The notes beneath the pieces were generated by a model, which worked only from the letters and a program-made list of their open reading frames with translations, did not search any database and had not been told where the DNA came from. Below are positions 32,155 through 52,316 of a stretch of 64,000 bases of DNA, in pieces. Both the position numbers and the translations under genes were made by a program. Origin of the DNA: the human T2T-CHM13v2.0 reference genome, Homo sapiens; NCBI RefSeq assembly GCF_009914755.1, contig NC_060940.1. One strand, given 5' to 3'. Positions within the stretch are counted from its first letter, which is position 1. Every line of letters starts with the position of its first letter.

Positions 32155-33061
32155 TAAACTCTACCACAGCTCTCTCCATCATGCACCCAACAAATGGATG
32201 ATGAACAGAGCAACTCAAGCCCCTCCATTTCTCTGTGCACCTCATGGAAGAACTGGAGGTCCCCATGCATAACAGAATGGTGGCGTGAAACATGGGGCCA
32301 GGGAAGAAATCCTGCCTGGTGGGTAATTTCATTGCATCGTTGGATCCTTTGCATTTCTGATTCATAACTCTACTTCTTGGGGTTGGTGGTATCTCCCAAG
32401 ATGAGGTGGGCTGGGGTGGTCATTGTCCCTCCAGCAGCCCAGGGCTTGCAATAGAAGCATCTCTCTTTTTTGGTCCAATGGTGCAAGATCTGTGCTCTCT
32501 CATCTGCATCTGAGAAAGCAATGGGTTTGCAGAGACGGGCTGACTCCCCCACGGCACTCTGAACTGTTGATGTGTGGAGCCAACACTTAATTGCATCCAA
32601 AACTCCTGGGCATAAAACAGGATCTTTGACTGTGGATACTCAGAAAACATTGCTTGAATGAAGAGATGAGCAGGAACCTGGGAAAAAGTCTATAAACGGT
32701 GGAATGACCGCACTTGGTGGGTCATTCCTAGGTCACTCACCATATCATCAAGGAAAGCTGTCTATGCCCCTGGCAGAAGCACCCTGTCTAGTCCTCATTG
32801 CTTCCTGGACTAGATGTGACTGTTCCAGAAGCTGCCTACTCTTCTAGTGCCTGCAGCAATCCGAGGTGTGGAGGGCACTCCCATTTCCCTTCCCTGTGCT
32901 TGAGAATCTGTAGAAATTGTGCAACTTTGTGCTGCTGGGTTCCATCCATTGCCTCTGCAAGCCGTCCTTGCAGCTGGACAGTATTTACCTGCTTCTATAT
33001 TCCTAAATCTTCTTGTGCAGGCCTGAACCCATTGTAAGCACTTAATTAATTAATATTATCA

Positions 33062-33378
33062 GGCCAGGCGCCGTGGCTCACACCTGTAATCCCAGCACTT
33101 TGGGAGGCCAAGGTGAGAGGATCGCTTGTGCTCAGGAATTCAAAACCAGCCTGGGCAACTCCATCTCTACAAAAGATTTAAAAATTAGCCAGCCATGTTG
33201 GCATGTGCCTCCCAGCTACTTAGGAGACTGAGGTGGGAGGATTGCTTGAGCCCAGGAGTTCAAAGCTGCAGTGAGTGCTGATGTCACCACTGTGTTCCAG
33301 CCTGGCTGATGGAGTGAGAACCTACCTCAAAAAAAAAAAAAAAAAAAAAAAAAAAAGAAAAGAAAAAAGAAAAAGATA
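33062..33378 (+). mobile_element. AluJ
   Basis: TSD taattaatattatca. Confidence 0.95.
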
Positions 33379-34149
33379 ACTAATTAATATTATCATTAGT
33401 AAAAGTGAACAATTTAAAAATATTTACTATGTGCCACTGGCCTGGCTACATTTCTTGAATTGGCTCACTTAACCCTTCACAGCAGCCCTTTAGATAGTTA
33501 TTCTCATTTTGCAGTTGTGGAAACTAAGACACAGATGTGTCAAGCAATCTGCCTAAGGTTACACAGCTAATAAAGCAGTGGCGGCTGGCTCTGAGTGCAG
33601 GCACTTAGCCATTGTTCGATTATCTCTCCAATGCGCACAAAGTTAAGGCATTTGAACAAAGAGATAAGGACTAATAAGTATGCAGAGTAGAAAAAGAAGG
33701 CAGCAAATAAATGACATCTACTGCCTAATATGCACAAGGTGCATCCCATACTTTATGTCTTTTACTTCCAACAGCTGTGCTATGAGATAAGGGAGTCTCA
33801 GAGAGGTTAAGTAACTTGCCCAAGGTCATCACAGCAAGCACCAGAGCCAGGATTCTAATGCAGGCTTCCTGGCACCTGTCAGAGTCACTTCACTCTTTAC
33901 AAAAAGCTATGAGCCACACAATGTTTCCAGCATAAGAGAGCCACCACATAAGCTTCTAGCTCAGGTTGTGACCTCCTGGCGGGCTGCCACATGACTCATT
34001 TGTCTTGGTTTTGCACACAGTTCCAAGCACAATGCCTATTGAGTGAGCAGATGAATTACAATTCACGTACTTTCATGCAGGGGTGCCTGGTGCCTGGTGG
34101 GATTTGGTAGAAACAGTGCAACGACATGCTGTGTAAGTGATGATTTCTC

Positions 34150-34700
34150 CACAAAGCAGTAAGAATAATCTTTTTACAGAGTAAATCAGATCATGTCCTG
34201 CCATGGGACGGCAGAGAGGGCCTCTCTGAAGAGGTGACATTTTGAACTGAGACCTGAGTGGGAATACAGAGGAGGAGATGTATTCCAGGCAGAGGGCGTG
34301 GCGCATGCTAAGGCCCTGGGGTAGTAAGGAGCCTGGGTGTGACCAAGGGGGTCGAGATGAGGGCTGGACAGTGGACAAGAGCTGGATCACAGAAGGTGTC
34401 ATGCTACATCGCGGGGACTTCAGACGTAATTTTAAATAGGACAAAAAGCCACTAGAGGGCTTTAAAGCCATGGAGTCATGTGAAGTGGCTTTGTGTGTGC
34501 GTGTGTGAAATGTCACTATGAGAAAGAAATGAGCAAGACCAGAAGCAGAGTGATCACAAAGGAGATTGCTGGGGCCATCCAGGTAAGGAATGGCGATGGC
34601 TTGGGCCAGCATGAGGGAGGGAAGGATTCCGAAGAGAGACTATGCTTTGCAGACTGAGTTAACAGACTCTGTGGACAAATTCAATGTTTGAAAGTCAGAG
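34150..34700 (-). mobile_element. L2
   Basis: gcctctctgaagaggtgacattttgaactgagacctga...attccaggcagaggg. Confidence 0.8.
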
Positions 34701-34733
34701 AAAAGATATCGAGAAGTCAGCTCTTCAGAGTGA

Positions 34734-35093
<360 letters not shown>

Positions 35094-35725
35094 TTATGAC
35101 ATGCCTGGCACTGTTCTAATCATTTAACATATATTACCTCATTTAATCCTCACAAAGCCCCTGTGAGATAGGTATTGTTGTTAACCCCATTTTACAGATT
35201 AGGGAAATTGAGGCACAGAGTGGTTAAGTGACTCACCCAAGGTCACATACCTGGTAGGGGGTGCTGCTGGGATTTGAACCTGGATAGTCTGCCTCTAGAG
35301 TCTATACATCGGAATTTCACCCTGTATTCTCCCCACAGAGGAATGTTCATTCAACAGGAAGTTTTCTGGGCTCCCCGCATCCTTCCCTGAGCCTCTCAGT
35401 CAGTATGCACAAATTGGCTCCAGGAAGCTACTCTGCTGAAGATGTTTGAGGTCCAATGGAGGCAAACATTCCTCCAGGACACAGTCTAGACAATGTCCCT
35501 GCACCCGTTTCCATGTTGGGAAGCAGGAAGCCAGCCCAGGGGTACTTGGGTTGTCCCCATTAACCACAGTGTGAAGCAAAAGTTAAGAGCAAAAGCTCTA
35601 CAGATAGATCCAAGGCAATTTACAAGATCTCTGTGTGTCCCAATTTTGTCATCTGTAAAACGCGGACAGTGTTAATATCCCATGGGGTTATTATGAGTTA
35701 GTGTGTGTAAGGTGCCATTAAAAAG

Positions 35726-36018
35726 TACCAAGTGCGGTGGCTCACGCCTGTAATCCCAGCACTTTGGGAGGCCGAGGAGGGTGAATCACCTGAGGTCGGG
35801 AGTTCAAGACCACCCTGGCCAACATGGTGAAACCCCATTTCTACTGAAAATACAAAAATTAGCCAGCATGGTGGCACCACCTGTAGTCCCAGCTACTCAG
35901 GAGGCTGAGGCAGGAGAATCACTTGAACCTGGGAGGCAGAAGTTGTAGTGAGCTGAGATTGTGCCACTGCACTACAGCCTGGGTGACAGAACAAGACTAC
36001 ATTTCAAAAAAAAAAAAA
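35726..36018 (+). mobile_element. AluS
   Basis: Full Alu inside a MIR tail. Confidence 0.95.
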
Positions 36019-36066
36019 GTGCTAAGTACATTCTAAAAGCTTTTACAGTATGTGATAAAGAAATTA

Positions 36067-36369
<303 letters not shown>

Positions 36370-37030
36370 TTAAATGGTGGTAAGTAAAGGCACAAAGGAA
36401 AGAGATGGTGCTTCTCCAAGCCAGGACTATCGTCCACAGACCAGGGTATTTCTGGTCATGATCAATCATCACGTCTGTCCCTGGACCTGACCTATTTGAT
36501 TTGAGAAAATGTTAGAGTCAGCCTGCACCAGTCTGCTCTCAGTATGGAATCAGAGTCAACAAGAAGGAATGATGGAGCCAGACATTTGTGGCTGAGGCTG
36601 AGCAGCACTGAGCAGTGAAGAAATGTGGTTTGTGCTTGGTTCACAGTGTGCCGGTGGGGAAGCTGCAGGTCTAACATGTATCTGAGGGAGAACCCAGACC
36701 ACTGGATGTCTCCGCTCTGCTATGCCACAAGTCCCTCCAACTCTTCCTGTCATAACTGAGCCGAGCATCTGCTCCTGTCCCATCTATCCTCCCCATCTAT
36801 GCTCCTTTTCCTGATTTGGTGAATTGCATAATGAAAAGAAATACAAAGAGTATGACGTCCAAAGTCAGATTACCTGGGTTCTAAACCTAGCTCTGTCACT
36901 TGTTAGCTGTGCTCTTTAGCATAAGTTCCTTATCCTCTCTGTGCCTGTTTTCTCATCTGTAAAAAAAAATGGGTGATAATAATAGTTATCTTCTGGAGCT
37001 GTTGTGAGGACTAAATGAAAGTATGCTTCT

Positions 37031-37320
37031 GGCCAGGCACGGTGGCTCACACCTATAATCCCAGCACCCTGGGAGGTTAAAGCAGGAGGATAGCTTGAGG
37101 TCAAGAATTTGAGACCAGCCTGGTAAACATACCAAGACTCTGTCTCTTAAAATTTTTTTTTTTAATTAGCCAGACACTGTGGCACACACCTGCAGTCCCA
37201 GCTACTTGGGAGACTGAGGCAGGAGAATCACTTGAGCCCTGGAGTTCAAGGCTGCAGTGAGCTATGATCCCACCACTGTACTCCAGCCCTGGACCACAGA
37301 GTGAGACCTTGTCTGAAAAA
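37031..37320 (+). mobile_element. AluJ
   Basis: Full Alu; tail expanded into a purine tract. Confidence 0.9.
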
Positions 37321-37349
37321 AGGCAGGGCAGAGCTGGGCAAGACAGGGT

Positions 37350-37415
37350 GAAAGAAAGAAAGAAGGAAGGAAAGAAAAAAAAGAAAGAAAAGGAAAGAAA
37401 GAAGGAAGGAAGGAA

Positions 37416-37465
<50 letters not shown>

Positions 37466-37635
37466 GAAAGAAAGAAAGAAAAGAAAGAAAGAAATAAAAG
37501 AAAGAAAGAAAGAAAGAAAAAGAGAGAAAGAGAGAGAGGAAGGAAAGAAGAGAAAGAGAGGGAGAGAGAGAGAAAGCGAGGGAGGGAGGAAGGAAGGAAG
37601 GAAGGAAGGAAGGAAGGAAGGAAGGAAGGAAGGAA
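37350..37635. repeat. Compound (GAAA)n/(GA)n/(GGGA)n/(GGAA)n polypurine tract
   Basis: Seen directly. Confidence 0.95.
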
Positions 37636-37952
37636 GCTTCTGTCATCCAGTAAGCACTGAATAAATAGTAATTAATGTGTATAAGCCATTAGTCTTTTTA
37701 AAAAATAACAGTAGCTAGAACATATTCATTAAAACATTCACTATTCCAAGAACTTTTTATAGTGAACTCCTTTATTTCTCAAAACAACCCTCTGAGATAA
37801 ATCCTATTATTAGCTCCAATTTACAGAAGAGGAAAATGAAACTCAGAAAGGCCAAACAACGTGCCCCAGGTCACACAGCTTGAAGTAATACAGTTGGGAT
37901 TTAAACTTGGACACTCTGGCTCCAGAGTCTAAGCTCATAAACCCTACACTAA

Positions 37953-38609
<657 letters not shown>

Positions 38610-38714
38610 TAAATGAAAAAATGAAACTGGCCAAAAAGACAGATCTAGCAGTTTTTCATGTGCTAAAACAGTTTTCCTCAAGGTATGCTTGTCATGGGTT
38701 ACTGGTGTGCTGAG

Positions 38715-38890
38715 CAGGACCAGTACATAATTTATGGGGTCCAGCACGAAATGAAAATGGGGAGCCTTTGGTTCAAAAAAGTGTTAAGAATTTCAAGAGA
38801 GTGACAGACAGTAGAGCACTAAATGAAGCCAGAGACGCTTCTCAGTGTGGGACCTCGCATAACTAGTCAGGCAGAAGTCGCAGCTTCTTA
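38715..38890 (-). mobile_element. MER45A (hAT-Tip100)
   Basis: caggaccagtacataatttatggggtccagcacgaaatgaaaatg...ttaagaatttcaaga matches the reverse complement of MER45A. Confidence 0.8.
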
Positions 38891-39258
38891 TGCAGAAGTA
38901 AGAATCCCCTTGGCCCTCAGGTCAGTCCAGCAGCCACGGGTGATCGAGCTCCAGGCCAGCTGCCTAAGGGCTGTGAGCAGCCTTGACCTTTCTCCCAATG
39001 CACCTTGATGTGAAAAAGGAAGGAAGCCTTGTGCTCGTGGATGAATCTGGACAGCAGGCTCTTCTCTAGTCTCCAGCACATCTGAACCAAAGCCCAGTTC
39101 TGAAAAGAAAAAGATTTATTAACCATCAAAATGTTCTGCATGTGTGGGTTGCCACAACCCTCACGGTATAGATATATATGTCCCTGTGTTTCCACCGACT
39201 CCCAGCAGACATGTGGCAGCTACATTTTGAAGCCTGGCAAATTCTCCTAGGACTCTCG

Positions 39259-39303
39259 CCTCCTCCTCCTCCTCCTCCTCCTCCTCCTCCTCCTCCTCCT
39301 CCT
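39259..39303. repeat. (CCT)15 trinucleotide repeat
   Basis: Uninterrupted; counted directly. Confidence 0.95.
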
Positions 39304-39743
39304 CCAACCTCCACCTACTCTCCTTCATTTTCATGCCTTCCAGGAGTCCCACACAATCAGGAAACCCAAGTAGGTGACAGGAGGATGGAAAATAGGGGCT
39401 GCAGGTTCCGAGGGTTATGATGATCGAAAAACCAGAGTCCCTGAGCTTGCAAGTCTGTGAGTCCCTTGGGCCACTGCATAAAGAAGCTGTGAGCTTGTGC
39501 AAGATAGTTTTATTCTCCACCTGGGTTCCTCAGGAGGCTCCTGGAACATGGAGGTGTCTTGCCCACCTGACAGTCAAAAGGACTTGGTTCTAGCAGGGAA
39601 CAATGACCAGCCAGTGGCTGGTGCTGCCACTTCCCTGACATTAGCATCCCTGGTGCCTTTGCAATGCCTCTCAGAATTATTTTTGGAAATCTATTAAATC
39701 AACAAGTATTCACTGTGTGATGTACCTGAGGGCTGGGCCATAG

Positions 39744-40517
<774 letters not shown>

Positions 40518-40596
40518 TGAGCATGTACTATGTGCCAGGCAGCATGCCAGGCACTTCACAGATATTGTCTCATTTAATGCTACAGCAAATTAGTGA

Positions 40597-41157
<561 letters not shown>

Positions 41158-42110
41158 CTATGCCATCCCCTGAAACATGCCCCCACGCCTTCCCAGGGCA
41201 GCACCCTCACTGAGGACCAGGCTTGGCCTGTCCTTCAAGCCCCACCCCAAATGTCCGGCACACTGAGAGCATTCTCTGCCTGCTCTAAAGTGGACTCTGT
41301 GAGTCTGTGTTCTCTCTCCTCAGTGAGACAAAGCTCCTGCGGGAAGGACATGGCCTGCTTTTCTGTGTCCCCCACAGAGCCAGCATGGCGTGGGCACCAT
41401 GTTGCTTACTGGGGCATCAACTGATTGATTCATCTGTGGCTTCCCGGTGCTCTGGGCACCTTCCCAGTCCTCCTCACAGCAGCCCCAGTTGAGACACCCC
41501 CAGACTCCACTGCACTCCCCAAAGACCTCAGGGCCTCTGACCAGACCCAGGCTGACCCAGGCTGTCCCTTCCCCACCCTTGGCTCCTGGAAGTGAGTGAC
41601 ACGGTTTGGCCCAGTTAATCTGGCTTCCCCCAAGTTCCTGACACAGTGGCCCCATGTGGAGTGGAAACAAACAGACCTGGTGGAAATTCCAAACTAACAG
41701 CATATTTCAAAAAGACCTTTGTTCAAATTCCAGCCTTGCTGCTTGGCTGGGTCACCCTTAAATAACTTCCACGAGTGTTAGTGTCCTCGCCAGTGAAATA
41801 TGGATTAGAATGCACAGCGAATCACATAGCAGGGAGAAAATCTAATATAATACCTAGGACAGAGGCATCATGACACCAGTTTCCTACATAGGGAACTCCT
41901 GTGAATAAAAGGGTCCCATGAGTGACCCTCCAGGCTACATAGTAACTGTCATCATCATTATTGCCCACACATCCCATGTCTCAGGGGCATGCTAGGTGCT
42001 TTATATTATCTCATATAATAGGTCATTCCGATTTTCCAATTGAGGAAACTGAAGCTTAGAGATGTTGAGAAATTCAAACAAGGTTACATGGGTAAGAAGG
42101 TGTAGAAGCA

Positions 42111-42402
42111 AGCCGGACTTGGTGGCTCCCACCTGTAATCCCAGCACTTTGGGAGGCCAAAACGGGCGGATCACTTAAGGTCAGGAGTTTGAGAACAGCC
42201 TGGCCAACATGGTGAAACCCCATCTCTACTAAAAAATACAAAATTAGCCAGGTGTGGTGGTGCATAACTGTAATCCTAGCTACTCAGGAGGCTGAGGCAC
42301 GAGAATTGCTTGAGCCCAGAAGGCAGAGGTTGCAGAGAGCTGAATCAAGCCACTGCCTCCAGCTTGGGTGACAGAGGGAGATTCTGTCTCAAAAAAAAAA
42401 AA

Positions 42403-42479
<77 letters not shown>

Positions 42480-42497
42480 CAGACAGAAAGAAAAGAA

Positions 42498-42569
<72 letters not shown>

Positions 42570-42592
42570 AAAGAAAGAAAAGAAAAAAGAAA
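42111..42592 (+). mobile_element. AluS with a ~190-bp (GAAA)n compound tail
   Basis: Alu body to 42390, then GAAA arrays with a GACA interruption. Confidence 0.95.
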
Positions 42593-42994
42593 TGCTGAAC
42601 CTCGGGTCCCACCCCAGACCTGCTGAATCAGATCCTCTTGAGTTATGGCCCAGGAATCTGAAGCCAACCTCCCTCTGACCCCCACTCCTAGGGATTCTGC
42701 ACCCCCTGAAGCTTCAGAAGTGCTTCCTTGAAGATGGGGTGATGAGAGGTGAGAATTCCAGCCTCTGGGCCTGTGCACTTGCTGGTCACCCAGCCCAGAT
42801 GCTCTCCCGCTCATCTTAATGTGGCTGCTCATGCTTGGCATTTGGTCTCAGCCCAGATGCCCCTTCTCTGAGAGGCTTCCCTGACCTCCCACTGTGACAG
42901 GCTATCCTGCCTCCTTGTTTATTTCCTTCATATGATCCTTCTCCATCTCTCCCATATTCACAAAGGCAGGAGCTTTGTCCCTCAGCATCCCTAG

Positions 42995-43369
<375 letters not shown>

Positions 43370-44002
43370 TGAATGAAAAAACAGCAGCTTCTTGCCTAGT
43401 GCCCAGACCCTGGGGTCTCACTTCCAGCCAAAACAAGCTACTAGGCTCACCACCCTCTGGTCATACTATGGCACCTCCCAGCGATAGTGGCTCAAGGATA
43501 ATAAATGTCCTTGTGATTACAGTTCAACAGGACACCTCCTGTTGCAGGTGGGGTCACATGTTACCAAGTAGTTTTGGGCATATTCTGGGTGCTCTAACCA
43601 GAGGAAGGGCAGCTGTTAATGCTGTTCCTCGAAGCATGGATTATCTGTGCTACCTACCTCAGGTTGAAGGGGTTGGGGGCTAACTAGTCCCTTCCTTCTA
43701 CCAGGCAGGCAACCCCACCAGTAGGAGGCTCCCTGGCTGCAGGTAGCATCTACCAAGGCTGCTATGTGGCATCCGGACAAGGCATTAAATAAGATCTCAC
43801 CACATGGTGAGAAAGCTATTTCCTTTTCAATTCATCGTATCTGGCTGGAATTTAATAAAATCATTTTGTTTTCATTGTGTTTATTTTTACAGTGGCCTTC
43901 TATTTACAGCCAGAGATACTCACATTCCATTTACAGTTGGGTTATAAAGTTTCCTTTGAAAATAAATTTAAGTTAAAAAAGAAACCGGGTTGATTTAAAG
44001 AG

Positions 44003-44952
<950 letters not shown>

Positions 44953-45049
44953 AGAGAAATGTAACATAAATGTTAAAGCATGTGACATAAATATATGGAG
45001 AAAAGCATAAAAACTGGGGAATGCGTGATCTGCTGTGCTCATTATGGTA

Positions 45050-45388
45050 TAGGTCCACAGTCTCATACTCAGATGCGTTTCAGAAATTCAAATGTTTAGG
45101 ATTTTACAAAGGCATGAGGGTTCATTTACCACAGATAACTTAACACCCCCGGGCAGCACCCTGCAGTCAGATGCATTCATTGCTCTGCAGCAAAACTTAG
45201 AAATAATCATAACAAGTGAAATAAATAAAGACCATGAATACTTTCCCAAGTCAGCTCAGGTCAGATTTTGCTCCCAAATAAGTCCATGTGATGACCTCAC
45301 AGTTTGCTGCTGTATAAAATCCAAGGAACTTTTATTTTTTTCAGAGCTTTTTGGATTTCAGGAGCTTGGATAAGGGATTGTGGACCTT
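45050..45388. mobile_element. TcMar-Tigger-type non-autonomous element
   Basis: Terminal inverted repeats aggtccaca... / ...agggattgtggacct. Confidence 0.55.
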
Positions 45389-45459
45389 AGAAATAATGCT
45401 AATACTAATATACCAATACTATATTATTAATACAGTATTAGGACTAATACTAATCCTAG

Positions 45460-46872
<1,413 letters not shown>

Positions 46873-47802
46873 ATACCCGTGTACCAGATGAGGAAACTGA
46901 GGCCTCAAGCAGTTAAGTCACTTGCCAAAGTTATACAGCTAATTCAATGGGGGAACCTGAATTGGAAACCAGACAGGCGGGAGGAGGAGAGCAGGGAAGA
47001 GCCTGGAACTCAGACATAGCCACCCTCACCCCCACCCTGTGCCCCGCTGATGACTCTCACTCTCCTATTTGGATTGAAATGCTCACGTCAGCATCACTCC
47101 TTCGTTAGGTGAGGAAGGAGCACCGTCTCCAGATGCCCCGGGAGAACACCGCCCAGCCAGTGCCTGTGAATGACTCTATCAGGTCATTAGCGCCTCAAAG
47201 GAACCCCGGCCACCCTTGGGGACCTGCCACAAGCTGCCAAGAGAAGCTGGATGCTTCACAGCCACAGTTTCTCTTAGTCTTCTCCTCTGCCCCCTCCCCA
47301 CTAAACACACTCTTTTTTCTCTTTAGTTGCCATTTTTATTGAACATACAAATCTCGTGCCAGGCAGTGCTTAGCTAAACATTTTCTTATGCATTAGCTCT
47401 GTTTTTAGAAGACTTTTACATTTGTAAAATACAAGAAAATGGAGCCAAAAAGAAAAAAAAAGTAAAACTCCCTCCTAAAGCACTTTTAAGAGGAGAGTGT
47501 AAGAAGCAAAAGTTTTTCCCCTTCTGCTTCTCAAATTCTACCCCCTCCCCAACCCACAGAGGTTCCTTAAAGTAACTTTCTCAGTCATTCCGTGTGCATA
47601 TTGAGACATATCTATATTCATGTCTTTATCTGTGATTATGTCTATAATCTAAATCAATATCTACCTATTTTGCTATCAAGCCACAAAATACCTCTATACA
47701 GTTGCTCAGGTAGTGCACTGCTCAACTCCCAGGGCCACTATTCACATAACCAGCCTTGCAATCCACTCACATATATTTTTCGCCTTACAAAAATGAGATG
47801 AA

Positions 47803-48150
<348 letters not shown>

Positions 48151-48541
48151 TCATCAGATGGTCAGAACTTCCTCATTCTTTATGATTGCTGCCTATACTA
48201 GACCCTAGCATGGATGTATCTTAGTGAATCTAATCCTTCCCCTAATAAAGATTATCTAAGATGTTCCCAAGCTTTTTGATTTTTACAATGGCCTTTTAAT
48301 ACTCATAGCAGTCTTTTGAGGATAGCAGCATTACACCTATTTTAAACAAAGAAAACTGAAGCTCAGAGTGGTTGAATAACTAGCTCAAGGATGCAGTTAC
48401 TAGGGGGTAGTACCAGGATGCAATCCCAGGTCGGTTTGACTTCATGTTGATATAAAGCAGTTGATACTGAGGTTGGATCACAGCAACGCTCAGTAAGTCA
48501 AGATCATCATTCCCACAGGTTGATACTAATAAATATAATAG

Positions 48542-48931
<390 letters not shown>

Positions 48932-49189
48932 ACTAGATTTCTTATATACATTTTTTATTGAATTCTCAAAGAGCCAGACAACAATAAAGCCTGTTAGAAA
49001 GACACTGCCATCCCTGTGTATAAAAAGCTGAAGTTCAATAAAGGTAAAGGTCCCAATGTCACACAGCAAGTGGTGGATCTGGGATTTGAACCCGCATCTG
49101 CCTTGCTTGTATTTCTAGTGGATACAGAATTCAGCCCACAAACCCAGGTGTGTGTGAATATAACTATTTTTCTGCAAGTGAACTTCATT

Positions 49190-49995
49190 TCTTAATTTCC
49201 TTGCTAAACCTGCCTCTTGCCTAGTTTTTCCACCTCATCTCCTAGTACCACTACTTACCCCAGCCATACACAGGCAAAAAGCATAGACATCACTGGTGCC
49301 TGTTTCCCCCACTCCCCAGACCCAACACACCAAGTCTCATTGGCTCTGCCTTCAAAAATATCATCGTAGCCAAAGGCAACAGCTTCTCCCACTTCCCCAG
49401 CTGCCAGTTTAGCTCAAATCACCATTGCCCCCACCCCAGATCATTCTCCATCTGGCAGCCTGAGGGACCATTTACAAAATGCATATCCTATCATATCACT
49501 CTCCTGCTTAATCCCTGAAAGCCCCATTGCCCTTGGAATAAATGCTCCTCAGTGGCCCATGTGCTCTCCCTCCTGTGGTCTCAGCCTTCTCTCAGCTTTT
49601 CTCTCCTTCTCCCTCTACTCTGCTGTTCCCTACTGGGTCTCTTCTGTTCTTCCATGCCCCAGCTTATGCTACTACAAGGCCAGCCCTTCCTCTTCCCTCT
49701 GCCTGCACTGCTTGCCCTGATTTGCAAGGGGGCTGTTTCTTTCCGCTTTCAACTCTCAGGCCACACAGCTCTCTCAAAGACCTCCTCCCTGCCTCATCAC
49801 CCTGGGTCACTCTGAGCCCCTTATGTTGAGGGTCTTTTTAGCTCTGATTGCTGTTGGAAGTCATTTGTTCCATTGTCCTCCCCATCCCCTTTGAAGAACC
49901 AAGAGTGCTCTATGTCATGCCTGCGGAGCCACAGTGCCTGTAGAGATGCCAGGCACAGGGCAGATATTTACTGAGTGAAATGAATGAATGAATTT
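49190..49995 (+). mobile_element. L2 3' region
   Basis: atcactctcctgcttaa...cccattgccctt; ends in (tgaa)n. Confidence 0.75.
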
Positions 49996-50699
49996 ATGTT
50001 ATGAGTTCTGTGTCTACTGGGGGAAGAGGGCAGGAATTTAATATCAGCCAATTCTTTAATCTTAGCCAATTCCTTCCCTTGAGGGGTGTCTAAATTCTGG
50101 GGGACAGCAGAGGTGGGTACATGTGGTCTGGATCATTGATCCATGACAGCATCTGCTGAGATGTTCTCATTCCCTGGGACAAAAGAAACATCATCAGGTA
50201 CATGGGAACAAGGGTTAGGGGGACGTCAGTTAACATTCAGCAGAGTCACCCACCACCAACCTTTAGCCCACTCTATTCTCCCACACTCCTGAGATCAGAA
50301 ACACTCGGGACCCTGGGAGCTCCCTTTCCCAAGTCCTAGGAGCCAGACCCCAGTGCTGGCGTACATCAGCTGGAATGCATTGCTGAGCGCAAGCCCCGCC
50401 AACCCCAGCGAGCTCTGCGGCTGGGAGAAGGTGCCCAGTACTGTTATGCAGCACGGGCTGGTGATTCACAGTTTATGAGCCGCCTCATACCCATCACTTT
50501 GATGCTCACAACAAGCCCGACAGGTAGGAAAAGTAGAGTTTATGAGCTTCTTTTCACAACTGTGGAAACCAAGATCACAAATGGTAATAATGTGAGTTGC
50601 TCAGGTTTGCAGAGCAGGCATGGAGGCAAAGCTGGGACTGGGAGACTATTACATGGTTAGAGCTTAATAAATGGTAGGTGCTGCTGTTCCAAACAGGTG

Positions 50700-51700
<1,001 letters not shown>

Positions 51701-52127
51701 GCCTGGTACAGACCAGTAACCTTAGCCCCTTGACCAGAGAAACACGCCATGATCTCGCCCCCCTGCCACCTGATCCTGAACCAGTCTAGCTAATGACGCT
51801 AACTGGAGGCTCCAGGCTCGAGGCTCAGGCCAGAAACAGAGGCTGGCCTCTCCCTGCTAATGGCAGCAGGTGATGGGGATGAAGGAGGTGGCGGTAAATG
51901 TGATGGTAGCCTGGCTTCCTCCTCATGCAGAGAGGTGAAGTCCTAAGTCTCTAAGGAGTGGCCAAGGCAGGGGCTCCAAACCAAAAAAAAAAAAAAAAAA
52001 AAAAAGCCATAGCAATGAGAGAAGGAAGAGGAAAAGAAGACTTGGGCTCAGAGAGGCTCTGGAATAAAAGGAGAGTCTCAGGCAGTGAAGAGATGCCAAT
52101 AAACAAAGCTTAAAGGACAGTTCATCC

Positions 52128-52265
52128 AGGCTGGGTGCTGTGACTGATGCCTGTAATCCCAGCACTTTGGGAGGGCAAAGTGAGAGGATCACTTGAGCCC
52201 TCACTTCGAACTCCTCACCAGGAGTTCGAAAGCAGCCTGGGCAAAATAAGAACTTGTTTCTACGA

Positions 52266-52316
<51 letters not shown>

